Part shown: piece by piece, positions 1-9,085 of the stretch | Position numbering within the stretch: position 1 is the first letter of the stretch | How the letters are laid out: each line of letters begins with the position of its first letter | Assembly: GCA_964486505.1 (NCBI GenBank) | Contig: CAZAMC010000002.1 | Span: forward strand, 129,656-193,655 | Source: an uncultured Gammaproteobacteria bacterium | Lineage (GTDB): Bacteria; Patescibacteriota; Patescibacteriia; PEXW01 | DNA: 64,000 nucleotides | Direction: 5' to 3' | The notes under the pieces: model-generated | What the model saw: only the letters and a program-made list of their open reading frames with translations | The model's database searches: none | Told to the model about the DNA's origin: nothing | Made by a program: the position numbers and the translations under genes

Positions 1-18
1 ACAGCCTCGGCGACGGCA

Positions 19-56
19 TTGACGGGTTTTGCCTCTCTCTGCTACGCTGTGTAGTA
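19..56 (+). promoter_or_regulatory. sigma70-type promoter overlapped by a BlaI/CopY-family operator
   Basis: TTGACG (19-24) and TGcTACGCT (40-48); imperfect palindrome TGCTAC-GCTGT-GTAGTA (40-56) overlaps the -10. Confidence 0.7.
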
Positions 57-79
57 GATTTAGCAACTGGAGAAATTCT

Positions 80-457
80 ATGGCAAAGCGCGCAATTCCT
101 GGGTTTGGTGAGCTGGAGACGGCTATCCTTGAGGTCGTGTGGCAGAGCCACCCGATTGCGGTTCGGGATGTGCTGGCCAAGCTGAATCGCGGTTGCGCGT
201 ACACCACAATTATGACCGTCATGCAGCGCTTATTTGATAAGGGCGTGCTGCGGCGGACCCTGGTGGATAATGCGTACCAGTACGAGCCGGCGCAACCGAA
301 AGCCGAGTTTGTGCAACGAACGATTCGTTCGACGGTGGACCAACTTGTCTCCGGTTTTGGTGATGTGGCCCTCGCGCACTTTGTGGATGCCCTAGATGAC
401 GTAGACCCCAGGCGTGTAGAGAAACTTCGCCGTACCCTGCGAAAGCATGAAAAGTAG
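80..457 (+). CDS. BlaI/MecI/CopY family transcriptional repressor
   Basis: GELETAILEVVW...AYTTIMTVMQRLFDKGVLRR winged-helix signature; ATG at 80 after GGAG; no C-terminal Cys metal motif. Confidence 0.92.
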   Translation: MAKRAIPGFGELETAILEVVWQSHPIAVRDVLAKLNRGCAYTTIMTVMQRLFDKGVLRRTLVDNAYQYEPAQPKAEFVQRTIRSTVDQLVSGFGDVALAHFVDALDDVDPRRVEKLRRTLRKHEK

Positions 458-1400
458 CCGCGTCCTCATGTTCATGGGCGGTGGCAGTGCTGCGCTGATG
501 ATTGGGGCGAGCGTGGTGTTGGCATTCCTCTGGCCCCACGTCGTGAGTACCCTGAGCAATGCGCTACACGCGGTTACCTACGCCTGCCAAGCGGTGTGGC
601 AAGATCTGACACGCGCGCAGTTAGCCTTCGCCAGCCTGAGCGCTGGTGCACTGTTGGGTTTTTTGAGTTGGGTTGGCTACACGGCGTTCCGCGCAATTCG
701 CCTGTCGAAGCGGCTCGCATTTCCCCGACAAGAAGTTCCCGTGCGCGTGCTCTCCATTGCCGCCGACGCGGGCCTCGATCCTAGTCGTTTAACCGTTGTG
801 CAGGACGCGCGGGCATTTGCCATGACGACGGGTGTGCGTTGGCCAGAAGTCTTCCTCTCCACTGCGGCGCTCCGGACCCTTTCCCAGGCCCAGCTCCGGG
901 CCGTCCTTGAGCACGAAGCGCACCACGTCCGCGAGCGTGAACCCCTGCGTCGGCTTGTCCTGGCGCTCGCTTTGCTGTGGGTTCCGTTCCGGCGGTTACG
1001 GGATTACCTCCGGAATAACTACGTGACGGCTTCGGAACTCGAAGCCGATGAGCGCGTGCATGATCAGCACGTGCTGGGGGCCGCGCTCTTGCGCCTCGTT
1101 GCCCCGCCAATAGCGGCCGCTGGTTTTAGCCCGCTTGATGCTCGGGTGGAGCGCCTGGTGAATCCAGCATTCCGCCATACCGGGAAACCCGCGCTGCGCT
1201 TTGCACTGCTTGCTGTGGTCGCCGTGGTCGGGCTCGCCGTGCTGGCTCCGCATGCCATTGCCACGGTGTACGGCGGGCACCCCTCGTCTACCATGGCCGC
1301 CCACCTCGACATGTGCCGTGTGGAGCACGAGCGCATGCTGCAGTCACGAGAAGGGTCGTGCGGGCAGTTTTCCACCCCGCAAACTTGTGCCACGAAGTAG
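447..1400 (+). CDS. M56 family membrane metallopeptidase (BlaR1/MecR1 N-terminal-like)
   Basis: TM segments, VLEHEAHH (HExxH), ELEADE, LDARVERL; overlaps the blaI-like gene. Confidence 0.88.
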   Translation: MKSSRVLMFMGGGSAALMIGASVVLAFLWPHVVSTLSNALHAVTYACQAVWQDLTRAQLAFASLSAGALLGFLSWVGYTAFRAIRLSKRLAFPRQEVPVRVLSIAADAGLDPSRLTVVQDARAFAMTTGVRWPEVFLSTAALRTLSQAQLRAVLEHEAHHVREREPLRRLVLALALLWVPFRRLRDYLRNNYVTASELEADERVHDQHVLGAALLRLVAPPIAAAGFSPLDARVERLVNPAFRHTGKPALRFALLAVVAVVGLAVLAPHAIATVYGGHPSSTMAAHLDMCRVEHERMLQSREGSCGQFSTPQTCATK

Positions 1401-1401
1401 C

Positions 1402-2826
1402 ATGCGCACACCCGACGGCCAAGTCCTCCTCGATATCCAGACCAGCGGCATGCACTGCCGGAGCTGTGAGTTGTTGGTTGAGCAGTCTATTCAGAAGCTC
1501 CCCGGCGTTGGCAAGGTGCAAGCGAATGCCGATCGCAATCGGGTTCGCGTACTCTGTGACCAGCAGCACGTGCCCACGCCTCAGCAGATTGGCGAAGCCA
1601 TAAAACCGCACGGGTACACAGTGGTCACTGGTGTGGTCCAGCCAGCAGGCGCGCCAACAGCCAAGCGCCACCCAGGTACCCAAGCCGCAGAGCACCGTGA
1701 GCGTCCGACCGTTGCTCAAATTGCCGGCGCCTTCACTATCGTACTCGTTATTGGCTTTGCTCTCTCGAAGGCCGGGTTCTTGCAATTTAATCAAGCCGTG
1801 GATGGTTCAGCGGGGTTCCTGAGTGTTCTGTTCCTGGGCTTGGTAGCCGCAAGCAGCTCCTGCGTTGCCGTCGCTGGGGGATTGCTCCTCTCCACAGTAG
1901 AGCGCGTGAGTGATCGCTACGGTTTGCTTCCCGGCAAGCAGCGTTTCGTACCCGTCGGCACTTTCGTGGCGGGCCGAATTGTTGGGTACACCGTATTCGG
2001 TGCCCTCATTGCCGGGTTGGGGAAAGCCTTGGCGCTGCCGCCGTGGGCTACTGGCCTTATCACAATTTTGGCCGCGCTTTTCATGCTCGTCATGGGGTTG
2101 GACATGCTTCGCATTGCGCCAACGTGGTTGAAGGTCATCTTGCCCCGGATGCCGAAATTCATTAGCCGCAGAGTGATGAGCGGCGGAGAAGCAGGCAAGG
2201 TGAGCTACGCCACGCCATTCACCTTGGGAGCGCTGACATTCTTCTTGCCCTGTGGGTTTACGCAGGCGTTGCAGCTCTACGTCCTGACCACGGGTAATGT
2301 GGTAGCTGGCGCCCTTACGATGCTCGCCTTCTCTCTCGGTACTGCCCCGGCGCTCTTGGCGCTCGGTTGGGCGTCGAATGCACTGAAGGGTAAGTGGGGG
2401 AAGCTGTTCTTCCGCGTTGCGGGCGCGGCCGTCATTGTCATGGGGCTGTACAACTTCAACAACGGCCTCACGCTTACTGGGCATCCCGTGTCATTCAATT
2501 TTGGTACGGGCAAAGACGCTGCTCCCGTGGCGACGGTTGAGAACGTTGTTCTCGAGGGTGGCGTGCAGGTTGTGAAGACTGCATTCACATCCTCGGGGTA
2601 CTCGCCAGAAACATTTACCGTTGAAGCGGGTAAGCCGGTACGGTGGGAGATTGATGGTAACGGGAATGCAGGCGGGTGCCGCTCGGTCTTTCAGGTGCCG
2701 GCCTTCAAGATCCAGAAATTCATGAGTAATGGATTGACCGTCGCGGAATTCACTCCTGATAAACCCGGTACCTACGCGTTTAGTTGCAGCATGGGCATGT
2801 ATCGGGGGAGTTTTACCGTCATTTAG
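1402..2826 (+). CDS. HMA domain + sulfite exporter TauE/SafE (DsbD_2-like) membrane domain + cupredoxin domain fusion
   Basis: GMHCRSC; SCVAVAGG and FFLPCGFTQ in TM region; C-terminal FSCSMGMYRG. Confidence 0.88.
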   Translation: MRTPDGQVLLDIQTSGMHCRSCELLVEQSIQKLPGVGKVQANADRNRVRVLCDQQHVPTPQQIGEAIKPHGYTVVTGVVQPAGAPTAKRHPGTQAAEHRERPTVAQIAGAFTIVLVIGFALSKAGFLQFNQAVDGSAGFLSVLFLGLVAASSSCVAVAGGLLLSTVERVSDRYGLLPGKQRFVPVGTFVAGRIVGYTVFGALIAGLGKALALPPWATGLITILAALFMLVMGLDMLRIAPTWLKVILPRMPKFISRRVMSGGEAGKVSYATPFTLGALTFFLPCGFTQALQLYVLTTGNVVAGALTMLAFSLGTAPALLALGWASNALKGKWGKLFFRVAGAAVIVMGLYNFNNGLTLTGHPVSFNFGTGKDAAPVATVENVVLEGGVQVVKTAFTSSGYSPETFTVEAGKPVRWEIDGNGNAGGCRSVFQVPAFKIQKFMSNGLTVAEFTPDKPGTYAFSCSMGMYRGSFTVI

Positions 2827-2831
2827 CCAGT

Positions 2832-3029
2832 ATGCAAACGCAGACTCTCCCCCTCAAGAACATGGACTGCGACGCCTGCGAGCGCCTGGTAACCTTGACC
2901 TTGGCCGAACAGCCAGGTGTTCACAAAGTGCAGGCGAATCAGCGCGAAGTTGAGGTTACGTTTGATGAGCAGACGACCTCACCCGACGTGCTGCGCAGTG
3001 CCCTCGACGGCATTGGTCACGCTGCATAG
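2832..3029 (+). CDS. copZ: copper chaperone (CopZ-like HMA protein)
   Basis: 65 aa with MDCDAC motif, inside a copper operon. Confidence 0.8.
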   Translation: MQTQTLPLKNMDCDACERLVTLTLAEQPGVHKVQANQREVEVTFDEQTTSPDVLRSALDGIGHAA

Positions 3030-3086
3030 CCAAATCGCGCCGCCTGGGCTGCGGCAAGGCCTGGCAGATTTTTTCACCCCCGATAG

Positions 3087-3461
3087 ATGCTCACTATGAT
3101 CATCCTTGGCATCATTCTCATTATTCTCATCATCGGCCTCCTCGGGCTGTGGTTGCGCTCGCAACATCAGCAGGAAGCAGCAGTGGTGAACGCCACGGGT
3201 GCGCAGGAGGCAACCATTATCGTCAAAGGCGCATACCAACCGAACGTCGTCACGGTCCAGGCTGGAAAACCGGTTGTTCTCACCTTCGATCGGCAGGAAG
3301 ACGCGGAATGTTCACGGTTCGTTACCATTGACCGCGTGCACATCCGCCAGGATTTGCCCGCGCACCAGAAGACAGCCATTCGCTTCACTCCAGAGAAGCC
3401 TGGCGAATACTCTTTCACTTGCGACATGGGCATGTATCAGGGCCGCCTCATCGTCCAGTAG
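3087..3461 (+). CDS. membrane-anchored cupredoxin-domain protein (CupA-like)
   Basis: N-terminal TM; [16 protein letters not shown]; [10 protein letters not shown]. Confidence 0.88.
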   Translation: MLTMIILGIILIILIIGLLGLWLRSQHQQEAAVVNATGAQEATIIVKGAYQPNVVTVQAGKPVVLTFDRQEDAECSRFVTIDRVHIRQDLPAHQKTAIRFTPEKPGEYSFTCDMGMYQGRLIVQ

Positions 3462-3462
3462 T

Positions 3463-5661
3463 ATGGCTACCTGCGATCTATCCTTGAAGGGCATGCACTG
3501 TGCTTCGTGCAGTCAGCTCATTGAGCTTGCCTTGCGCAAGACCAAAGGCGTTGCCAGCGCCAACGTGAACGTGGCCACGGAGCGTGCGCACGTGGAGTAC
3601 GATGCGAGCGTTGTTGGCGTGCCCGCACTAGAAGCGGCCGTGAAGAAGGTAGGCTACGGCGCGCAGGAGCTGACAGCCGGGGGCGCTGATACCGAGCGGG
3701 CCGAACGGGACAAGGACATGGCCACAACGAAGCGAAAGTTTTTCGTTGCTTTGGCGCTCTCCATTCCCGTCGCCCTCCTGAGCATGGGCATGTACCTAGT
3801 GCCTGCCATTGAGGAGGTTCCGGGCCGGGCCTGGTTGCAGCTGGTGCTCACCACGCCGGTTATGCTCTGGTGCGGCTGGCAGTTTTTCACCGGCTTCTGG
3901 GGCGCGCTGCGAGCACGCACCGCGAACATGGATTCACTCATCGCCCTTGGCACGGGCGCGGCCTTTGTGTATTCCGTATTCGTTACGGTCGGACTCGTAG
4001 ACGGTGAGCTGTACTTCGAGATTGCCGCCATCCTCATTATGTTCGTATTGCTCGGTAAGTGGCTGGAGGCACGAGCAAAAGGCAAGGCGAGCGATGCAAT
4101 CCGAAGTTTGATGCAGCTGCAGGCCAAGACGGCTATTGTCGTGCGGGCTGGGCAGGATGTGGAGGTGCCTATTGAGCAGGTGGTGGCTGGCGACGTTGTG
4201 CGCGTGAAGCCGGGCCAGAAAGTGCCGGTGGATGGCAAAGTGCTAGATGGCCACAGCAGCGTGGACGAGAGCATGGTGACCGGTGAAAGTTTGCCCGTCG
4301 AGAAGCAAGCGGGCGACATCGTTATCGGCAGCACCATAAACGGCAGTGGCAGTTTTACCTTCACGGCCACGAAAGTTGGGAGCGAGACGCTGCTCGCGGG
4401 CATCATTAAGCTGGTTGAACAAGCGCAAGCCAGCAAAGCGCCCATCCAACGCTTTGCGGATCGCGTATCGGCGTACTTCGTGCCCACGGTCATTGCCATT
4501 GCTCTCATCACATTCGTTGCGTGGTACTTTCTGGCGGGCGAGACGTTTGTGGTGAGCCTCCTCAAGTTCGTTGCCGTCCTGGTTATCGCCTGCCCGTGCG
4601 CGCTGGGGCTGGCCACGCCCACAGCGATCATTACCGGCACAGGCTTAGGCGCGCAGAAGGGGATCCTCATTAAAGGTGGTGAGGCGCTGGAAGCCGCGCG
4701 GAAAATTGACGTGGTGGTGTTCGATAAGACCGGCACGCTCACGCACGGCAAGCCGGTGGTGACAGACGTCGTGTCTTTTGATTCAGCGCTTTCTCAGGAC
4801 AGGCTCCTCCAACTCGGGGCCGCCGTAGAACAGCGGTCCGAGCACCCGCTCGCTGCTGCAATTGTGCAGAGCGCGAAAGCGAAGGGGCGCGCGTTAGCCG
4901 AACCGCAGGACTTCCAGAGCGTGACGGGGAAAGGCGTGTCGGCAACTGTAGAAAGGCAGAAGCTCCTGCTCGGTAACCGGGCGCTGTTCGCAGAAGCGAA
5001 GGTATCACTCGGCAGCCACGAAAGCGATATTGCCGTGCTCGAGCGCCAAGGCAAGACCGTTATGCTCATTGCCGTAGACGGTCGGTTCGCCGGTATTATT
5101 GCCGTTGCCGATACCGTGAAGCAGTCGTCCAAGCAGACCGTAGACGCGCTCGCCAAGCTTGGCATTCAGTCTGTTATGATCACGGGTGATAATGAGCGCA
5201 CGGCCCAGGCCATTGCGCAGCAGGTTGGCATTGCGGAAGTGCGGGCGCAAGTATTGCCGCATCACAAGTCCGCGGCGGTCAAAGACCTGCAAGCCCGGGG
5301 CAAACGCGTGGCGTTCGTGGGTGACGGCGTCAACGACGCGCCCGCGCTCGCGCAAGCGGAGCTCGGCATTGCCATTGGCAGCGGCACCGACGTGGCTCTG
5401 GAAACTGGCCAAATCGTCCTCGTGCGAGATGACCTCATGGATGTCGTGCGTGCTATAACCTTGGCACGCCGAACGTTTCGGAAAATAGTTCAGAACTTGT
5501 TCTGGGCGCTGTTCTACAACGTCGCCGGTATTCCCATTGCGGCCGGCGTCTTCGCGGGCATCGGCCTCACCTTGCGGCCAGAGCTCGCGGGGTTGGCTAT
5601 GGCCCTGTCCAGTGTTTCTGTGGTGAGTAATTCGCTCCTCCTCAAGCGCACCCGGTTGTAA
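3463..5661 (+). CDS. copA: copper-translocating P1B-type ATPase
   Basis: [40 protein letters not shown] and MALSS motifs. Confidence 0.96.
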   Translation: MATCDLSLKGMHCASCSQLIELALRKTKGVASANVNVATERAHVEYDASVVGVPALEAAVKKVGYGAQELTAGGADTERAERDKDMATTKRKFFVALALSIPVALLSMGMYLVPAIEEVPGRAWLQLVLTTPVMLWCGWQFFTGFWGALRARTANMDSLIALGTGAAFVYSVFVTVGLVDGELYFEIAAILIMFVLLGKWLEARAKGKASDAIRSLMQLQAKTAIVVRAGQDVEVPIEQVVAGDVVRVKPGQKVPVDGKVLDGHSSVDESMVTGESLPVEKQAGDIVIGSTINGSGSFTFTATKVGSETLLAGIIKLVEQAQASKAPIQRFADRVSAYFVPTVIAIALITFVAWYFLAGETFVVSLLKFVAVLVIACPCALGLATPTAIITGTGLGAQKGILIKGGEALEAARKIDVVVFDKTGTLTHGKPVVTDVVSFDSALSQDRLLQLGAAVEQRSEHPLAAAIVQSAKAKGRALAEPQDFQSVTGKGVSATVERQKLLLGNRALFAEAKVSLGSHESDIAVLERQGKTVMLIAVDGRFAGIIAVADTVKQSSKQTVDALAKLGIQSVMITGDNERTAQAIAQQVGIAEVRAQVLPHHKSAAVKDLQARGKRVAFVGDGVNDAPALAQAELGIAIGSGTDVALETGQIVLVRDDLMDVVRAITLARRTFRKIVQNLFWALFYNVAGIPIAAGVFAGIGLTLRPELAGLAMALSSVSVVSNSLLLKRTRL

Positions 5662-5665
5662 AAGC

Positions 5666-5693
5666 AAAAGGGAGATCGGGTGATCTCCCTTTT
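5666..5693. terminator. bidirectional intrinsic terminator
   Basis: AAAAGGGAGATC-GGGT-GATCTCCCTTTT between convergent genes. Confidence 0.85.
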
Positions 5694-5702
5694 TGGAAAG
5701 AA

Positions 5703-6743
5703 CTAGTACAGCAGCTCCCGATTTGAGGGCAGGACGACAACCTTGGTGATGTCCGGTTCCGCCAGCAGGTACTGGAAGATGCGGGACATGCCAAAGCCAC
5801 AGCCGGCGTGCGGCACGGACGGGAACTGTTCGAGCATGCCCAGGTACCAGGCAAAGCCCTCTTCGGCGTAAGTGTCCTTCTCCTTGAGACGGGCGAACAT
5901 GGGTGAGGCGAACAGGCGCTCCCGGAACTCATTTGCCGTGTGCACGCGCGCCGCCGAGCCAATGCACTCGCCGCCGAACGGCACAATGCAGTCGCAGCTC
6001 TGTACGTAGTCGGGGTCCTCCGGATCCGGCTGCATGTTGAAGAACTTGATCGCCAACTTGTCCGCTTTGTGCGCGAAGAGCAGCTGCATCTTCTCGCTCA
6101 TCGGGTTGGGGTAGTGGGTGATGAAGATCGGCCCGCCCCCGTGGCTGGTCACGAGGAGCTGCTCCTGGCTGGACGAGAGGTCGCTGCCCCACGGCAGGCG
6201 GAGTTCGGCGATAGCGTCGGCGTACCGAATGCGGGGGAAGCGCTCCGGGTGAGCAGCGAGGTGCCCCAGGTTAGCCGGCAAGGCGTAGGCCGGGCGGTCA
6301 TTCTCGGGCACGGCCAGGACGCTGCGCACGAGGGCGGTGACGAACTGCTCCATCTCCTCCAGCAAATCCTGGAACGAGCCGCGGAACTCGATTTCCACCA
6401 TCTCGAATTCGGTCAGGTGCCGCGTATCGATGGTGGCCTCGGCCCGTGCCGAAGGGCCCACGCAGTAGAGCTTGGGCAAACCACCTTCGCCCAGGAGCGA
6501 CTCCAGGTAGAGCTGGCCAGTCTGGGCAAAGTACGAGCGTTTCCGGCCGCCGTGGAACCAGCGCGGGTCGCCGTTCACGGTGATTTCGAACAGCGTGTCG
6601 ACATTCTCACAGGCACCGCTGGCGGGCACAATGCGCGGTACGGTCACGCGGTAGAAGCCGCGTTCGCGCAAGTGCGCTTCACCCGCCTGCATGAGCCGAT
6701 CGACGAATCGAATAGTGCCGAAGTTCGGCGTGTAGAAACCCAT
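5703..6743 (-). CDS. AsnRS catalytic-core paralogue lacking the anticodon-binding domain (AsnRS2 / asparagine synthetase-like)
   Basis: YFAQTGQLYLE, PSARAE...RHLTEFEMVEIE (motif 2), PHAGCGFGMSR (motif 3); 346 aa with no OB-fold; AAGGAGG SD. Confidence 0.75.
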   Translation of the reverse strand: MGFYTPNFGTIRFVDRLMQAGEAHLRERGFYRVTVPRIVPASGACENVDTLFEITVNGDPRWFHGGRKRSYFAQTGQLYLESLLGEGGLPKLYCVGPSARAEATIDTRHLTEFEMVEIEFRGSFQDLLEEMEQFVTALVRSVLAVPENDRPAYALPANLGHLAAHPERFPRIRYADAIAELRLPWGSDLSSSQEQLLVTSHGGGPIFITHYPNPMSEKMQLLFAHKADKLAIKFFNMQPDPEDPDYVQSCDCIVPFGGECIGSAARVHTANEFRERLFASPMFARLKEKDTYAEEGFAWYLGMLEQFPSVPHAGCGFGMSRIFQYLLAEPDITKVVVLPSNRELLY

Positions 6744-7022
6744 GTGTTCCTCCTTTGGATTTACGGGTTTTTCATGAACGTTGTGGGGGTTGTTGTTGGG
6801 GTATTAAAAAACGACCCCGTCAGCGACGGGGGAGTGGCGAAAAAATACCCGGGGTGTCCCGGGCCGGAGTGGCGTCGAGTTCGGTGGCGCACCTGAGGGT
6901 GACCGAACCGTGCGTGCATACTGTGCAGGAGCGTACTCGCTTGAGATGTGCTTGTCAAATGCTCATGAAGAACAGGCAGCGCGGGCTGCCTGTCTGTAAA
7001 GGTCTTGAACGTACATGGTCGT

Positions 7023-7235
7023 TCACCCGTTTGCTCGCCAGATGGTCGGCCGCGCTTTGCGGATCTGGAGCTGGCTCGCTCGCCAGCGGATGCTGTATGC
7101 AGTCCGCTTCAGTTTGCGTTCCAGCCACTTCGTGGGCATGTGCCGGTAGTACTTCCGTAGCACCGCCTCCTCACGCTTGGTCCAGGCCTTCTGGCCACGG
7201 GTAAAGGTATTGCGTTTCGTACGGATTTTACGCAC
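7023..7235 (-). CDS. small basic protein with Myb/SANT-like helix-turn-helix
   Basis: WTKREEAVLRKYY...LKRTAYSIRWRASQL; GAGGAGG SD before GTG; own TTGACA/TAAGGT promoter (7281-7309). Confidence 0.7.
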   Translation of the reverse strand: MRKIRTKRNTFTRGQKAWTKREEAVLRKYYRHMPTKWLERKLKRTAYSIRWRASQLQIRKARPTIWRANG

Positions 7236-7312
7236 CTCAGGTGCCTCCTCAGTTATGAGTATTGGTTTGAGTTTCGGTCTACCTTAAAACGTTGCCTCCC
7301 ACCTGTCAACCA

Positions 7313-7467
7313 TTGACAAAATTCGCCTTTCCGGTATACTCAGCTTCGTAAGATTTTCGTCAGCGTGTATCCCAAAACCTGCCCCGTAATGGGGTCAGTA
7401 TAGCTGCTACCAGCGCTATAGGAGGACTGCCAGACGAGAAGAGGTCGACTTACATTCTCGTTTTTTT
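7313..7467 (+). promoter_or_regulatory. promoter and structured 5' leader with competing terminator/antiterminator
   Basis: TTGACA 7313, TATACT 7335; 7354-61 pairs with 7433-40, which alternatively pairs with 7455-61 before a T-run. Confidence 0.55.
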
Positions 7468-7485
7468 CGATAGATTTTGAAAACA

Positions 7486-7788
7486 ATGGCAAAGAAACTC
7501 TACGTCGGTGGTCTTCCGTACGCGACAACCCAAGAAGAGCTTGGCGAAGCATTCGCTCAGGCTGGGAAGGTCGAGTCCGCAATCATCATCACCGACAAAA
7601 TGTCTGGTCGCTCGAAGGGCTTTGGATTCGTGGAAATGGCCACGGACGAAGATGCTCAGAAGGCGATTGAGATGTTCAACGGCAAAGACTTCAGCGGTCG
7701 CACGCTTACGGTAAACGAAGCGCGCCCCATGGAGCCTCGCGCCCCGCGCGGTGGAAATGGTGGATTCGGCGGCGGTCGCAGCTGGTAA
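7486..7788 (+). CDS. RRM-domain RNA-binding protein
   Basis: RNP2 LYVGGL, RNP1 KGFGFVEM, Gly-rich tail. Confidence 0.95.
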   Translation: MAKKLYVGGLPYATTQEELGEAFAQAGKVESAIIITDKMSGRSKGFGFVEMATDEDAQKAIEMFNGKDFSGRTLTVNEARPMEPRAPRGGNGGFGGGRSW

Positions 7789-7856
7789 GCATTCCTCAAG
7801 AATCGAAATCAGTCTCACATGTGTGGGGCTGATTTTCGTTGTGCTAAACTACAGGC

Positions 7857-8609
7857 ATGGTTGAGCAGGATGAGCAGCGCAATCCTTCGCCATTGGCACA
7901 GCGGCATTGGTTTAAACCCATGCTCCTCCTGCTGGTGCTTTTTCTCGTGGTTTTCGTCGTTACGGTCATTGTGGTTGATACGCATCGGGTGAAGAAGGCC
8001 ACAGACCCGCTCGCTGAGCTCACCGCGGGGAGCGCCGCTCAGTCAAGTGTTGGGACGCTGCCGAGTGTCAACCGATCTGTAAACCCACAGCTTGAGACTG
8101 CCGACGATCCTGCCCTCGGTCCGGCCGGGGCACCCGTGGTTGTCGTCATGTTCATCGATTTCCAGTGTCCGTACTGCCGCCAAATGTTCCCGGCCTTTCG
8201 CGAACTTGCTGTAGCGTACAGTAATCGCGTGCGTTTCATTGTGCGGGATTTTCCCGTCACGCAGCTGCATGCGGAAGCGCAAGCCGCCTCCGAAGCGGCG
8301 GGCTGTATCTACGAGCTTGGTGGTAATGACAAGTTCTGGGCATACCATGACAAGCTCTACCTAAACCAAGACGCTCTTGGAACGTCCACGTACCGCACGC
8401 TTGCCACGCAAGTAGGTGTAGAGGATCAGGCTTTTACCGCCTGCGTCGAGAGTGGCCGTACGAAGACAGAAGTAGATCAAGACTTCCTCGACGGCATAGC
8501 GCTGGGCGTTACCGGCACCCCCACTTTCTTCTTCAACGGGTATCGGGTGCAGGGCGTGATTGCGAAGGACAAATTTGCAAAAGTGCTCGATCTGCTGTTA
8601 GCCGAGTAG
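7857..8609 (+). CDS. DsbA family thiol-disulfide oxidoreductase
   Basis: N-terminal TM, DFQCPYC, GTPTFF. Confidence 0.9.
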   Translation: MVEQDEQRNPSPLAQRHWFKPMLLLLVLFLVVFVVTVIVVDTHRVKKATDPLAELTAGSAAQSSVGTLPSVNRSVNPQLETADDPALGPAGAPVVVVMFIDFQCPYCRQMFPAFRELAVAYSNRVRFIVRDFPVTQLHAEAQAASEAAGCIYELGGNDKFWAYHDKLYLNQDALGTSTYRTLATQVGVEDQAFTACVESGRTKTEVDQDFLDGIALGVTGTPTFFFNGYRVQGVIAKDKFAKVLDLLLAE

Positions 8610-8635
8610 CGCAAGGGCTGTGGTATACTACGACT

Positions 8636-9082
8636 ATGCTTGTCTTGGGCGCTGATCACGGAGGCTTCGCGCTGAAAGAGTACCTCAAGCACGCGCTTGT
8701 GAAGCGCGGTGTTCATATTGAAGACTTAGGGCCAACGCGCCGAACCCCCGGCGATGACTACCCGTTGATTGCATCGGCAATTTCTCGGCACGTGCGGCGG
8801 ACAACCGGGAGTCGGGGCGTGCTCCTGTGCGGGAGTGGCATTGGCATGTCGGTGGTGGCAAATAAGCACGCTGGCATTCGCGCCGCACTGGTGTGGAGTG
8901 AGAAAGTTGCAGTGCGCAGCCGTCAAGAAGAAGACGCGAATATCCTGGTTTTGCCCGCGCATTTCTTGTCCCGCGCGGCAGCGCTTCGCATTGTTGAGGT
9001 ATGGCTGAAGACGCCGTTCAAGCGCATCCCGCGCTACCGGCGCCGACTTGGCGAAATCGCCCGCATTGAACATAGCGCGTAG
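8636..9082 (+). CDS. rpiB: ribose-5-phosphate isomerase B
   Basis: GADHGG, DDYP, CGSGIGM, ANK. Confidence 0.93.
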   Translation: MLVLGADHGGFALKEYLKHALVKRGVHIEDLGPTRRTPGDDYPLIASAISRHVRRTTGSRGVLLCGSGIGMSVVANKHAGIRAALVWSEKVAVRSRQEEDANILVLPAHFLSRAAALRIVEVWLKTPFKRIPRYRRRLGEIARIEHSA

Positions 9083-9085
9083 CGT

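Noticed and set aside
6775-6802. AAC-AAC-AAC run as an Asn-codon attenuator peptide for the AsnRS-like gene
   Set aside because: The Asn-reading frame follows a TAA with no start codon; more likely an A/C-rich leader like those of other genes here
8624-8642. TACTAC half-site upstream of rpiB (and AACTACAG upstream of dsbA 7857) as extra BlaI boxes
   Set aside because: Only one half-site, explained by overlap with the -10 hexamer
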